This document shows positions 7,866 through 16,798 of a stretch of DNA of 20,000 bases, in pieces. The position numbers and the translations under genes are program-made. Source of the DNA: an uncultured virus (IMG/VR IMGVR_UViG_2821929668_000003). Taxonomy: Duplodnaviria > Heunggongvirae > Uroviricota > Caudoviricetes. The notes under the pieces were generated by a model. It saw only the letters and a list, made by a program, of their open reading frames with translations, was not told the DNA's origin and searched no databases. Each line of letters begins with the position of its first letter. Within the stretch, counting starts at the first letter, position 1. The DNA lies in IMG/VR virus record IMGVR_UViG_2821929668_000003, positions 51,052 to 71,051 of that record. One strand, 5' to 3'.

Positions 7866-8375
7866 ATGAACAAAAAACTATTAACAACACTTACTTGTTT
7901 CGCTTTATTTATGGGATTAGCAGCATGTTCATCTAACGAGACAGTAAGTACTTCCAAAGAATCTAAAGCTGAGCAAGAAGCACAAAAGGAAGCTGAGAAA
8001 GCGAAGAAAGCTGAAGAAAAAGGGACTGTGAAAAAGGAGAAAGCTGAACAAGAGACGGCTGAAAAGCAACGCAAACAGCAAGAAGAGGCTACAAAAAAGG
8101 AACAACCAACAACTACTTCTGGTAACACTATTAAAGGCTTAAAAGACGAACTATCCATTGGTATGCCATTTAAAGATTATCTTGCTAAAAAGAAATCATT
8201 AAATGTAGAGAATCCCTTCAGTATTTCACTCGGAAAAGGTAATGTAGGTAGTGTTCTTCAAGCTCAAGATGGAGTATTAGTTGTATGTATTGATGGAGAA
8301 AAGATATTCGATTTAAAAACATTTAAAAATGTTGATGAAGCTAAAGAATACGAAAAGAGCTTAAAAGTAAAATAA
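7866..8375 (+). CDS. Lipoprotein of unknown function
   Basis: Lipobox LAAC, charged linker, small C-terminal domain; GGGGGA RBS. Confidence 0.85.
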   Translation: MNKKLLTTLTCFALFMGLAACSSNETVSTSKESKAEQEAQKEAEKAKKAEEKGTVKKEKAEQETAEKQRKQQEEATKKEQPTTTSGNTIKGLKDELSIGMPFKDYLAKKKSLNVENPFSISLGKGNVGSVLQAQDGVLVVCIDGEKIFDLKTFKNVDEAKEYEKSLKVK

Positions 8376-8393
8376 TAGATTCAATTCATATTT

Positions 8394-8510
8394 CTCAATC
8401 ACCAATATAACTTAATATGGTAAAATATTATTTGGATGAAAGTCCAAATGCATATTATTAAAATTAAAGTGGTTCAAGTCGCAGGAAGGCACCTTAGGTT
8501 GTCTTTTTTT
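8394..8510 (+). repeat. Intergenic repeat copy 3 (full length)
   Basis: CTCAA-N19-TGGTAAAATATTATTTGGATGAAAGTCCAAATGCATATTATTAAAATTAAAGTGGTTCAAGTCGCAGGAAGGCACCTTAGGTTGTC followed by a T-run. Confidence 0.95.
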
Positions 8511-8517
8511 ATTTCCG

Positions 8518-8562
8518 CTAGACATAATATAACGATATTTTTATAAGAGGATTTGTTATACT
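8518..8562 (+). promoter_or_regulatory. Degenerate copy D of the promoter module
   Basis: CTAGACA-taa-TATAACG, 22 bp ending ATTTGT, then TATACT; same spacing as copies A-C. Confidence 0.5.
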
Positions 8563-8614
8563 TTCTATAAAACTCTTTTAAAACAATCTATTAAATATTA
8601 ACTGGAGGATGCAT

Positions 8615-9664
8615 ATGTTATATGTTATAAAAATTAATTTTCACACAAATGGAGAAGAAGAAGTAGTAGAGTATTATAACGGTAATTGTTCTTATAATGA
8701 ATCAAGTTCAGATAACTTTTTAATGTCTAATTATTCCATTACATTGAGTTGCAATAGAAAAGGAGATAGAGATTTAGAAGATGCTATTAACAATTTTAAT
8801 AGTACGTTTAATAAACAAATCACAAAAGTTATAGCATACTTAGTAGGCACAATTGGAATTCTTCCTGAAATTAATACGATAGTGATATCGAAACATGATA
8901 AAAATAACGAAATATTAGATGAATTTATAGCTGAAAAAGTAATTCAACCTCTAGAAGGCCATAAGTTATCTGAAGAATTAATATTAGATAAAGATAAGAT
9001 GATCAGTTTATTAAATGAAGATGACAAGTCGCGGTCACTTCTTATAGCAACTACCTACTGGTTGAAAGGTGTAACAGCTGATTTGGCAGGGGATAGTTTT
9101 GATAAGCTTTGGAAGAGTTTTAATACATTGTATAGTTATATATCTAAAAAAGATCATGAATTTGATAAATTAGTTTTTATAAAGGGATTTATATGGGATA
9201 AAAAGGAGCTTTTCAGTAAAAGCTGTGACATATTTGAAGACTATACCAAAGAGAAAATCAGAGAACTTCGTTGGAGAGAAATGATACTAAATGATCATGA
9301 AACCAAGAAGCAAACAAAGGCATTTGCAGATTTTATTAAGAGATACGATGATTATCGATTGAATGAAGTATTCAAGGAAATACTTCCATACCGAAAAAAG
9401 TTTCTAGAGGAAGAAGGCCTTTATGATGAAGTTCTTAATATTATTGAAGAAAGAATTCAATTGAAACAGAAACATAATGAACAAATTCTTACTTTTTACA
9501 TTCTTAAGTATGCTTATTTTTTAAGAAATAAATATTTTCATGCAGAGAAGTTAGATTCAACATTTTACCTTATAAAAAATAACGAAATAAAAGAATTGAA
9601 AAGTATTAATTATATATTTTCTACTTTTTTAAAAGAATTACTTGAAGGTAATTCTAAGTATTAA
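8615..9664 (+). CDS. Putative HEPN ribonuclease (ApeA-like)
   Basis: C-terminal RX4H motif YFLRNKYFH and upstream helix FDKLWKSFNTLY. GGAGG at 8604-8608 favours the ATG at 8615. Confidence 0.6.
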   Translation: MLYVIKINFHTNGEEEVVEYYNGNCSYNESSSDNFLMSNYSITLSCNRKGDRDLEDAINNFNSTFNKQITKVIAYLVGTIGILPEINTIVISKHDKNNEILDEFIAEKVIQPLEGHKLSEELILDKDKMISLLNEDDKSRSLLIATTYWLKGVTADLAGDSFDKLWKSFNTLYSYISKKDHEFDKLVFIKGFIWDKKELFSKSCDIFEDYTKEKIRELRWREMILNDHETKKQTKAFADFIKRYDDYRLNEVFKEILPYRKKFLEEEGLYDEVLNIIEERIQLKQKHNEQILTFYILKYAYFLRNKYFHAEKLDSTFYLIKNNEIKELKSINYIFSTFLKELLEGNSKY

Positions 9665-9834
9665 ATAGTTAACTTTTTATCGTCTTGTTTTTCCAATTAA
9701 TATAATGAGAATTAAAGTTATATGTTCTAGCTTGAAATAGCTTATTCTACAAATGGGTGAAATTTCTTAATAAGAATTAACCAATGTTATTATCTGTTTT
9801 GATGGCTACAACTATGCTAAAATGAATGTTTTTA

Positions 9835-9869
9835 AAAGGAGATACTACTTAAAATATAGTATCTCCTTT
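9835..9869. terminator. Bidirectional terminator-like hairpin between convergent genes
   Basis: AAAGGAGATACTA-N9-TAGTATCTCCTTT. Confidence 0.7.
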
Positions 9870-9915
9870 GTGTTTTTGAAAGAAAAATTAAATAACTTTA
9901 TTATCTCTACACATT

Positions 9916-10340
9916 TTAGGCATTAATAGGCCAATCTTTACATTTTTCCTTTGTCTCATCACCAATTGCGTTCATGAGAAATTTTAGTTGTTGGCCAGAA
10001 AATTTTTCTTTAATAAGAACTTTTGTAACTGCAATACATACTTTTGCTAAAATATCGGTACGATGAATCTCTGTCCAGCCAGGACGAAATTCTCTTTTCA
10101 CTTCTTTAATTATTTTGTGAACCAAATCGGCAATAAACTTGTTTTTCAAAAGTATGTTACCCCATATTAGCGATAATCTCATAGAAGAAAGCTTCTTCTT
10201 CGGTTAGTTCTAGATCTTTACGTTTTCGTACTACGCCTGCTGCATTAATAATACGATTATGATATTCATTTAATGTTTTCTCTAATAGCTCACTCATTTT
10301 TTTAGAGTTTGCCTTGTTTTTAGAAAACTTGCAGATGACT
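9916..10340 (-). pseudogene. hsdR: C-terminal remnant of a type I restriction subunit R (DUF3387-like), frameshifted
   Basis: Two overlapping ORFs join into KKMSELLEKTLNEYHNRIINAA...LELTEEEAFFYEII / LVHKIIKEVKREFRPGWTE..RTDILAKVCIAVTKVL, which resembles HsdR C-termini. The frameshift lies near 10160-10180. Confidence 0.6.
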
Positions 10341-10381
10341 TTAAGAGTGACTGGGGAGCTATAAAGGAACACAAAGAAAGA

Positions 10382-10594
10382 ATGGATCATTTACCTACTA
10401 ATGCCGTTCTCGTGTATAGCGGACGTAGAGAGTTTGTCTTTACAGGTACAGACATGGTGCTGTTCCTAGGTAGTGGACGTAATAAGAAGTTGTACTTGAA
10501 GAATCAACTAACTGGGAGAAACGTTAACTTTTATAAGGACAGCAGAGTATCCTATGAGACGGTAGATTACATTAAAGCTACTATAGTGAGGTAG
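10382..10594 (+). CDS. Short hypothetical ORF, possibly a 5'-truncated fragment
   Basis: 70-aa ORF followed by a hairpin; abuts the broken end of the hsdR remnant; no recognisable motif. Confidence 0.3.
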   Translation: MDHLPTNAVLVYSGRREFVFTGTDMVLFLGSGRNKKLYLKNQLTGRNVNFYKDSRVSYETVDYIKATIVR

Positions 10595-10898
10595 GACTAT
10601 AAAGGTTCTACCCCTTTTATTTGTATTGGTGAGGTCGTATCCGAGAGAGTTTCGCTTTCTCAGGCGTAGCTAAGTTGTTATATTTTTATACCCTTTATAG
10701 TTCCTATGTTGATGTACTGAAAAGTGGCCACATCGCGGCCGGGGTTTTACCTATTTAGCACGCCTCTGGGCGTTACCTGTGAATGTTTAACCTACGAGTC
10801 ATTATCAAAATTGGTGAACAGCGGTGATAGATATTGTGCAAACCCTGTATTATAATGGTATTATTAACCATAATATTATTGCTGAAGGGTGAATTTAA

Positions 10899-11693
10899 AT
10901 GACTAAAGATAAATTTGTAAAGTTGGAAAAACCAATTTACATCCCTGAACTCCCTGCAAATGTAAGAGTTACAACCAAGCTCCCAGATGAATTCCAAGAC
11001 GGAAGACTAGACAGAGTAGCATTGAAAATGGGGGAAAATGGTTGGACGATTCCGTTCTCCTTCGAAGTTTCTAATATAGAAGCAATTCACGAGGAAGAAG
11101 ATTTCGATAAATTTTTCATATCATTTTACAGCGAAAACGAAAACCAGAGATTTAACGATTTAGTATCTAAATTACTTTTAATGGATGCAGTTAAACCTTA
11201 TACAGATGCTATCGAACAATGCATAAAGGCTCATAAAGACTCTAATTATATAATTACAATAAACACACTAATCCCTATTTTAGAAGGTTTGTTATCCAAT
11301 TTCTATGATAATAAAAACAACACAAAAATGATAAGGGTTTGTAAAGAGATGCTTGAGAAATATACTTCTGAAAGCCAATGGATAGAAAAACTCATTTGGA
11401 CATCGGTATGGTGCTTTATTACTAACTTATATCAAAAGTCAGATTTCTCAGAAGAATCCCCAAATATGTTGAATAGACATTGGATTCTACATGGACGAAC
11501 TTCTTTTAGCAATAGTGAAGCGGATTCATTAAGATTATTTAACGCTTTATCTACAGTTGCAGCTTTAGATAATCTTAACAATAAAAATGATGAGAACCTA
11601 AATGCAGGAAAATTTTTAGAGCTAATCGCGGACAAGACTCAACGTAAATTGATGGAACAAGTGATATTAGACGTATTACAAATAAATAAATGA
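10899..11693 (+). CDS. Putative HEPN-domain protein
   Basis: LIPILEGLL helix and LNRHWILHG (RX4H) motif. Confidence 0.6.
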   Translation: MTKDKFVKLEKPIYIPELPANVRVTTKLPDEFQDGRLDRVALKMGENGWTIPFSFEVSNIEAIHEEEDFDKFFISFYSENENQRFNDLVSKLLLMDAVKPYTDAIEQCIKAHKDSNYIITINTLIPILEGLLSNFYDNKNNTKMIRVCKEMLEKYTSESQWIEKLIWTSVWCFITNLYQKSDFSEESPNMLNRHWILHGRTSFSNSEADSLRLFNALSTVAALDNLNNKNDENLNAGKFLELIADKTQRKLMEQVILDVLQINK

Positions 11694-11808
11694 TATATTG
11701 TTAGCCGATAAACAATAACTAGCCCCTCTATTACAATATCAAACAATATTTCCCTTGAATTGTTATTCTTAAAGGTTGCTTGAGAACGTCACCTCAAAAG
11801 TTTTTCCT

Positions 11809-11842
11809 GTGGAGGTCGTGAGTTCGAGCCTCTCCGGGGTCA
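11809..11842 (+). pseudogene. tRNA 3'-half fragment (resembles tRNA-Val GAC); probable att scar
   Basis: GTGGAGGTCGTGAGTTCGAGCCTCTCCGGGGTCA contains the variable loop, the T-arm (GTGAG-TTCGAGC-CTCTC) and the acceptor 3' strand. No intact 5' half upstream. Confidence 0.65.
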
Positions 11843-11851
11843 TAGTTGTAG

Positions 11852-11886
11852 AAACTGCGTCAAATTAACGTTTGATGCGGTTTTTT
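11852..11886 (+). terminator. Terminator after the tRNA fragment
   Basis: AAACTGCGTCAAA-ttaacg-TTTGATGCGGTTTTTT. Confidence 0.8.
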
Positions 11887-12244
11887 ATTATTTACATTCA
11901 AACTCTATAGAGCCAGTGATTACATTCCCTACAAAATCTCTTCTATTTTGTTAACTACATCTTCTCGTATTTTTGGCAATACATGCGAATACAACTTTAT
12001 TTCCAAGATTAGCTACTGATTCCGAACTTGAACTAACATTCTTAACGTAATTAAATTAAGGCTTTAAGGTTATATAAAAAGAGTAGCAAAATTAAAATAC
12101 TACTCTTTAAAAGCCCATATAATAGGGGGATTAATGAAAGGGAATAATTTAAATTGGACTGATATGTTTCGATAATCGTTCCATATGTTAATAAAGTTTC
12201 TTTCATCCCTAGATTAGATAGCCTCTCGAAATATTTAGTCACAT

Positions 12245-13414
12245 TTACTTAATAACTTCATTAAGCCATTCGGGTTTGATTTGTTCACCTTGAACCAATC
12301 GTAACTCCCTAAACAAAAAAACTAAATCCGCCCCTGAAAATAGCTTTACAGGATATCCATCCTGATATACTTCCTCCTGAGCCTGTTTTGAATAATATGA
12401 AGTTGTAACAAAGATACCATATTGTCCACGAGATAACCGTGCCACTAAGCGTGATAGATGCCTTGGCTCAACCCTATTTTTCCTGCCAAACCTTTTTGCT
12501 TCCCCCAGAAAATTTATATCATAGGCCAAGGGATATGGTAAGCTAAAATGCCCTATAAAATCGAATCCCCCATCTTTAGTCGGCCTTGTTTGCGTAATAG
12601 AGTGGGTTACATCTTTTAATTGTCGAAATAAAGCTACCGTTACTGCTTCAAATTGTATGGGAGATAGCGAAACTAACTGTTCCAATATTTTAGCATCTGG
12701 ACTTCCTTCTTTGGGTAATTGACTATCCAGCGTTCTTATTTTATTTTTCCACACATGCAATTTGTTTATCTTACCATTTTTGTACTCTCTCCATGAAGAA
12801 GGTGCATGCTCATCTATAACTTTGATCTCCTCAAAATCATTTGCTCTTGCTCGATTATGTAACCAAGTAATATCTACTTCTTCAATATCAAGTATTGATA
12901 GGTGACATCTATAATTTTTTATTGGTAAACCACTTGTATTATCTACAAACCAAGTAAGTTCAAGTTTATCTAATATACAAAGTCCATTAAACCTAACAAT
13001 TCCCGTCCTTGTTTTTGAAAAATGTAGTATTGGGGGGACATGCTTAAAATTACCATCTAATATTAAATGATTGATAACTTCAAGCATTTTATTTCCTTCA
13101 AAGTCATTATATCTCTTTTCATAATTGAATTTTGCATCACCCCAATATAAAATTTCTCCCTCAGATAAATCTACAATATCATGCCAGGGATTACTTTCCC
13201 CCGAGTTTGTATCACTTGTCACCAATATTAGATATGCAGGTGCATCACTAAATCGTGATACATATTTTAAAGGGCGAATCCCTGGCGAATTTCTCATACC
13301 ACTGTTCTTTATGTTTATCCAACGTGAAAACTGGTCTTCTTCATTACGGGTTGAAGCTTTATCTATGTATTCATGTCCTAACCTATATAAGTTTCCCAAC
13401 ATAATTGCCCCCAT
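12245..13414 (-). CDS. Modification-dependent restriction endonuclease, AspBHI/MspJI-like (SRA-like N-terminus plus Mrr catalytic domain)
   Basis: NPWHD...ILYWGDAK...GNKML...PPILHF...VRFNGLC N-terminal domain; C-terminal QFEAV...TRPTKDGGFDFIG...GEAKR...RLVARL.RGQYGIFVTTSYYS.QAQEEV. Confidence 0.85.
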   Translation of the reverse strand: MGAIMLGNLYRLGHEYIDKASTRNEEDQFSRWINIKNSGMRNSPGIRPLKYVSRFSDAPAYLILVTSDTNSGESNPWHDIVDLSEGEILYWGDAKFNYEKRYNDFEGNKMLEVINHLILDGNFKHVPPILHFSKTRTGIVRFNGLCILDKLELTWFVDNTSGLPIKNYRCHLSILDIEEVDITWLHNRARANDFEEIKVIDEHAPSSWREYKNGKINKLHVWKNKIRTLDSQLPKEGSPDAKILEQLVSLSPIQFEAVTVALFRQLKDVTHSITQTRPTKDGGFDFIGHFSLPYPLAYDINFLGEAKRFGRKNRVEPRHLSRLVARLSRGQYGIFVTTSYYSKQAQEEVYQDGYPVKLFSGADLVFLFRELRLVQGEQIKPEWLNEVIK

Positions 13415-13870
13415 TGACGAGTTATTCTTTTTATAAGACTATCTTTATTTTAAAAAACAAGATTAAAAACTCCTTATATTTTAACAGGAAAATCAAACCA
13501 TAATAATATTGTTTTGTTTAATATAAAAAAGTAAAACATCTTTTAAATACTAACCTCATAAAAACTGTATACCGCGTACCTACAATCCTCTCACCGCAGC
13601 GATACGAATTTAAGAAACGATAAGAATGAACTTCGGTGTTATTAAAACACCCAATTTCCGTTTAGGTGTACTTTTAAATTCTAGCTTGATAGGTATTTCT
13701 GTACCCCACTAACAACCCGAACTAGATAGATATAATAATTACTTGATTAATGTAAGTTTATATAATTGATTTAAATTTAAACAAAAAAAACAAAACCCTA
13801 CAAATCCACAATAAACGTTGATTTAATAGGGTTTTGTTTTAAAAATAAAATCACCAAAAAAAATTACCTA

Positions 13871-13899
13871 TTGCATTTAATATACCTACATTGTATACT
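13871..13899 (+). promoter_or_regulatory. Sigma-A promoter for the 14038-15904 unit
   Basis: TTGCAT-17 bp-TATACT. Confidence 0.6.
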
Positions 13900-14037
13900 T
13901 AGTTCATCAAGTTAATACACGGAAAAACTTGTTTTTAACAACAAACTTTCATCACAAAGTCTATAACATCAACATTTTTATACACTGCCATGTATGTAAG
14001 TTGGTGTTGCACACAAATATTAGGAGGTAACATTAAA

Positions 14038-14556
14038 ATGCAATTATATCAAAATGAAGAAATAAGAAGCAAGAAAATAGGACTTGTGCTACAACCATTA
14101 GGTCAACAAGGCAATGAAGAACTTACAATACTTAAAGCAGTTCATTTAGACGATATAGCCGAGGCTTTAACAGATGTACAATATACATATTTAGAAAAAA
14201 TGTTCCCAAATAAGGAATTTCTAATTTGGGGAGTACACGATCGCGGAATTACAGCTAGTCGGTATAATCTAATTGAAAATTATTTTCACGTTCTTTTTTA
14301 TAAGCAACGTAATTATTTTTTACGTGCAAAAATAGCCTGTAAGTTCCATAATCCAAAAGTAGCTAGTATTTTGTGGAAAAATGATAGACTGGAGCGCAAT
14401 TTTAACAACTTATATTTTTGCTCCGTTGAATCATTAGAGAATATCAATTTATCTGTATTTGAAGTGAATGAAGTATTAGAATCAAAGCAAGATAGATTAT
14501 ATGGTATGAAAGTTTGTGTTGATGAAGAAGCAACGGCTTTATTGAAATTACTATAA
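14038..14556 (+). CDS. Stand-alone PUA/EVE-like domain protein, paralogous to the middle domain of the next gene
   Basis: AGGAGG RBS favours the ATG at 14038. Shares VLQP, FP...WGV, VLFY, K.H.PK....LW and YF...V...NLSV with 14633-15904. The fold assignment is inference. Confidence 0.6.
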   Translation: MQLYQNEEIRSKKIGLVLQPLGQQGNEELTILKAVHLDDIAEALTDVQYTYLEKMFPNKEFLIWGVHDRGITASRYNLIENYFHVLFYKQRNYFLRAKIACKFHNPKVASILWKNDRLERNFNNLYFCSVESLENINLSVFEVNEVLESKQDRLYGMKVCVDEEATALLKLL

Positions 14557-14561
14557 ATATA

Positions 14562-14602
14562 CAAAATCGTGACCAAGGACTTAATTCTCTGGTCACGATT
14601 TT
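14562..14602 (+). terminator. Intergenic hairpin (terminator/attenuator)
   Basis: AAAATCGTGACCA...TGGTCACGATTTT. Confidence 0.65.
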
Positions 14603-14632
14603 ATACTAGAAGTACTAAAAGGAGCAATTTAA

Positions 14633-15904
14633 ATGACAGAAATAATGACAGGCTTACGTTATTTAATGAATGTCAAAGGGCAAAAAAATAAAGATATTGC
14701 GAAGATCCTTGGCATCTCTACCCAAGCAGTTTCACTATGGACAAAGAAAGGCACTATTCCCAATAAACATTTAGAAAGACTCGCAAATCACTATAAAGTA
14801 TCCCAAGAGTATTTAGTAAATCCACTCACTGCTGATACAATTAGTGTCATTGAAAAAGATGCAACGCCAATGATGCAAATTGTCCATAATGGACTTAACA
14901 TGTATGGAGATTTTAATGTTGTGTTGCAACCAACCAGTGATAAAATAGCGCGTACAAATTATGAGAATACAGTTCGTAAACTGCGAAATGTTGAGGAATT
15001 TTCTGAGTATGTGAAAATAAACGAGCTAACTGATTTGCATACGATCTTTCCAGAAGGACAATGCGCCGTTTGGGGTGTAAAGTCGGGTACCAATGACACA
15101 ACAAAAAAGCAATACGATAAACTAAATCTCGGTGATTTCGTACTATTTTATCAAGATAAACATTTTTATAACCGTGCAATTGTAGCATATAAAATACATT
15201 CACCTAAACTAAGTGAATATTTATGGGAAACCTCTATTTTTGAACACATATACTTTCTACAGGATGTTCAACCATATAACTTATCCGTTGTACGATTTAA
15301 TGAAATTGTATATGGAAAATCAGAAGATTTCCCAGTAATGGCATTCCGCGTTTTAAACCGTGAACAAAGTTTACAGATTATTGATGCATTTGATATTGAA
15401 GCTGATTATTCTCCAACTAAATTAACTGACAGAAAACAATCTCGTGAAGATATTTTGAAAGCACTGTTAAATTTAGAAAATAATAAAGAACTTGACCGTG
15501 ATACAAAACGAAAATATCGCATTGAACAAAGTTTATTACGTGAATTTTTATTTAATGGAAAAGAAGAAGTTACATGTGCCTGCTGCCAAACAAAACTTTC
15601 ACCAGAATTTTTTGCAACAGCTCATATTAAAAAACGTTCGCACTGTTCAACAGAAGAAAAACTAGATGTCAATGTTGTGATGCCACTTTGTTACTTAGGA
15701 TGTGACATGTTATTTGAAAAAGGCCTCCTTGTCGTCAATTCACATGGCTATTTCCAACGTACTGATGTAATAAATAAAAAGATTCCCTATGAAGGACGTT
15801 TAGGCACATTGCTTGCAAAGTATGACCAAAGACCTTGTTCTTATTGGAACAAAGAAACAGCCCAATATTATCAGTGGCATTACAAACACCATATAATGAA
15901 ATAA
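14633..15904 (+). CDS. XRE-HTH plus PUA/EVE-like plus HNH endonuclease fusion
   Basis: N-terminal KDIAKILGISTQAVSLW HTH; C-terminal RIEQSLLR...CACC...AHIKKRSHC...LCYLGCDMLFEKG HNH (McrA-like). Confidence 0.8.
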   Translation: MTEIMTGLRYLMNVKGQKNKDIAKILGISTQAVSLWTKKGTIPNKHLERLANHYKVSQEYLVNPLTADTISVIEKDATPMMQIVHNGLNMYGDFNVVLQPTSDKIARTNYENTVRKLRNVEEFSEYVKINELTDLHTIFPEGQCAVWGVKSGTNDTTKKQYDKLNLGDFVLFYQDKHFYNRAIVAYKIHSPKLSEYLWETSIFEHIYFLQDVQPYNLSVVRFNEIVYGKSEDFPVMAFRVLNREQSLQIIDAFDIEADYSPTKLTDRKQSREDILKALLNLENNKELDRDTKRKYRIEQSLLREFLFNGKEEVTCACCQTKLSPEFFATAHIKKRSHCSTEEKLDVNVVMPLCYLGCDMLFEKGLLVVNSHGYFQRTDVINKKIPYEGRLGTLLAKYDQRPCSYWNKETAQYYQWHYKHHIMK

Positions 15905-16000
15905 AAAGCTACAATAAGTCTTTGTATAAAAGATGAAGCCAAATCATGCAATAAGCATTAGCGGACATTAAAAATAATAAAAAACAGAATAATTGAAGCG

Positions 16001-16086
16001 ATAAAATAATATTTGGATTGGCATCCGATACCATATTACGATGGTTCAAGTCGCAGGAAGGCACCTTAGGGTGTCTTTTCTTTTTT
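16001..16086 (+). repeat. Intergenic repeat copy 4 (diverged, shortened linker)
   Basis: ATAAAATAATATTTGGATTGGCATCCGATACCATATTACGATGGTTCAAGTCGCAGGAAGGCACCTTAGGGTGTCTTTT. Confidence 0.9.
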
Positions 16087-16229
16087 CTTAAAAGGGGCTT
16101 TCCAGCACTTCGGAAAAAAAGCACGCTAAGAGTATGCATGATTTTATACAGTTTTTCAGCTAATCCAGTAACAAACGAGAACTCTAAATCCGCGCCAGGA
16201 TAGGAATGTATAAAAAAATGAATAGAGTG

Positions 16230-16269
16230 AAAAGGCGGATTCCTTGTGAAATTAGGGATCTGCCTTTTT
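16230..16269. terminator. Terminator-like hairpin
   Basis: AAAAGGCGGATTCCT...AGGGATCTGCCTTTTT. Confidence 0.65.
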
Positions 16270-16273
16270 CCTT

Positions 16274-16302
16274 GCTACCAATAATGAGACGTTATGTTAA
16301 CC
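16274..16302 (+). other. dif-like Xer recombination site (7-bp spacer)
   Basis: GCTACCAATAA-TGAGACG-TTATGTTAACC; the right arm matches the XerD/RipX arm TTATGTTAA. Confidence 0.45.
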
Positions 16303-16393
16303 TAGAATGAATACTTTATGCAATCAAAATACCTTTCATTATCTATATTCTTGATGTCGTACAATCTGGATAAAAGGTAGAAGGAGAAAGACA

Positions 16394-16621
16394 ATGAAAG
16401 AAATTATTAAAGAGATTGTTTCCAAAAACAAAAGATACAAGGTTCAAGTGATCAAACGAAATAATGGTTTTTTCACTACAGAAGTTTTTGCTTGGTTTGA
16501 AGATTATGAATATGAGTATTGGGCTCCTATTAAACAAGGAATATCGTTAATTGATACAGAAAAACACGCTATAGCCATAGCAATGGAAGATTTAAAGGTA
16601 TATTCAGGTGAGAATCATTAG
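16394..16621 (+). CDS. Small hypothetical protein
   Basis: 75-aa ORF with AAGGAG RBS. Confidence 0.7.
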   Translation: MKEIIKEIVSKNKRYKVQVIKRNNGFFTTEVFAWFEDYEYEYWAPIKQGISLIDTEKHAIAIAMEDLKVYSGENH

Positions 16622-16798
16622 TGAGTGTAGATTACTATGAAAGTCATTGTTTTTTTAAAAAATACATTAAGAATCTTGTTATTAATCAAAATTATGCAAA
16701 ACAATAAGTTGTTACGTTTTCTTCTCATGATAATATAGATATATATAGATTTTAGAAATATTATCAATATTTTATTTTTATATAAGGAGAGACTTAAT

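Noticed and set aside
5185..8158. ORFs 5185-5469, 5301-5531, 5457-5654, 6311-6622 and 7736-8158
   Set aside because: Shadow frames of the low-complexity lipoprotein genes.
13560..13730. Possible resolvase or att site in the divergent intergenic region
   Set aside because: Only weak imperfect inverted repeats; no recognisable consensus or nearby recombinase.
15909..16203. ORFs 15909-16139 and 16018-16203
   Set aside because: They span repeat copy 4 and its terminator and lack an RBS; probably non-coding.
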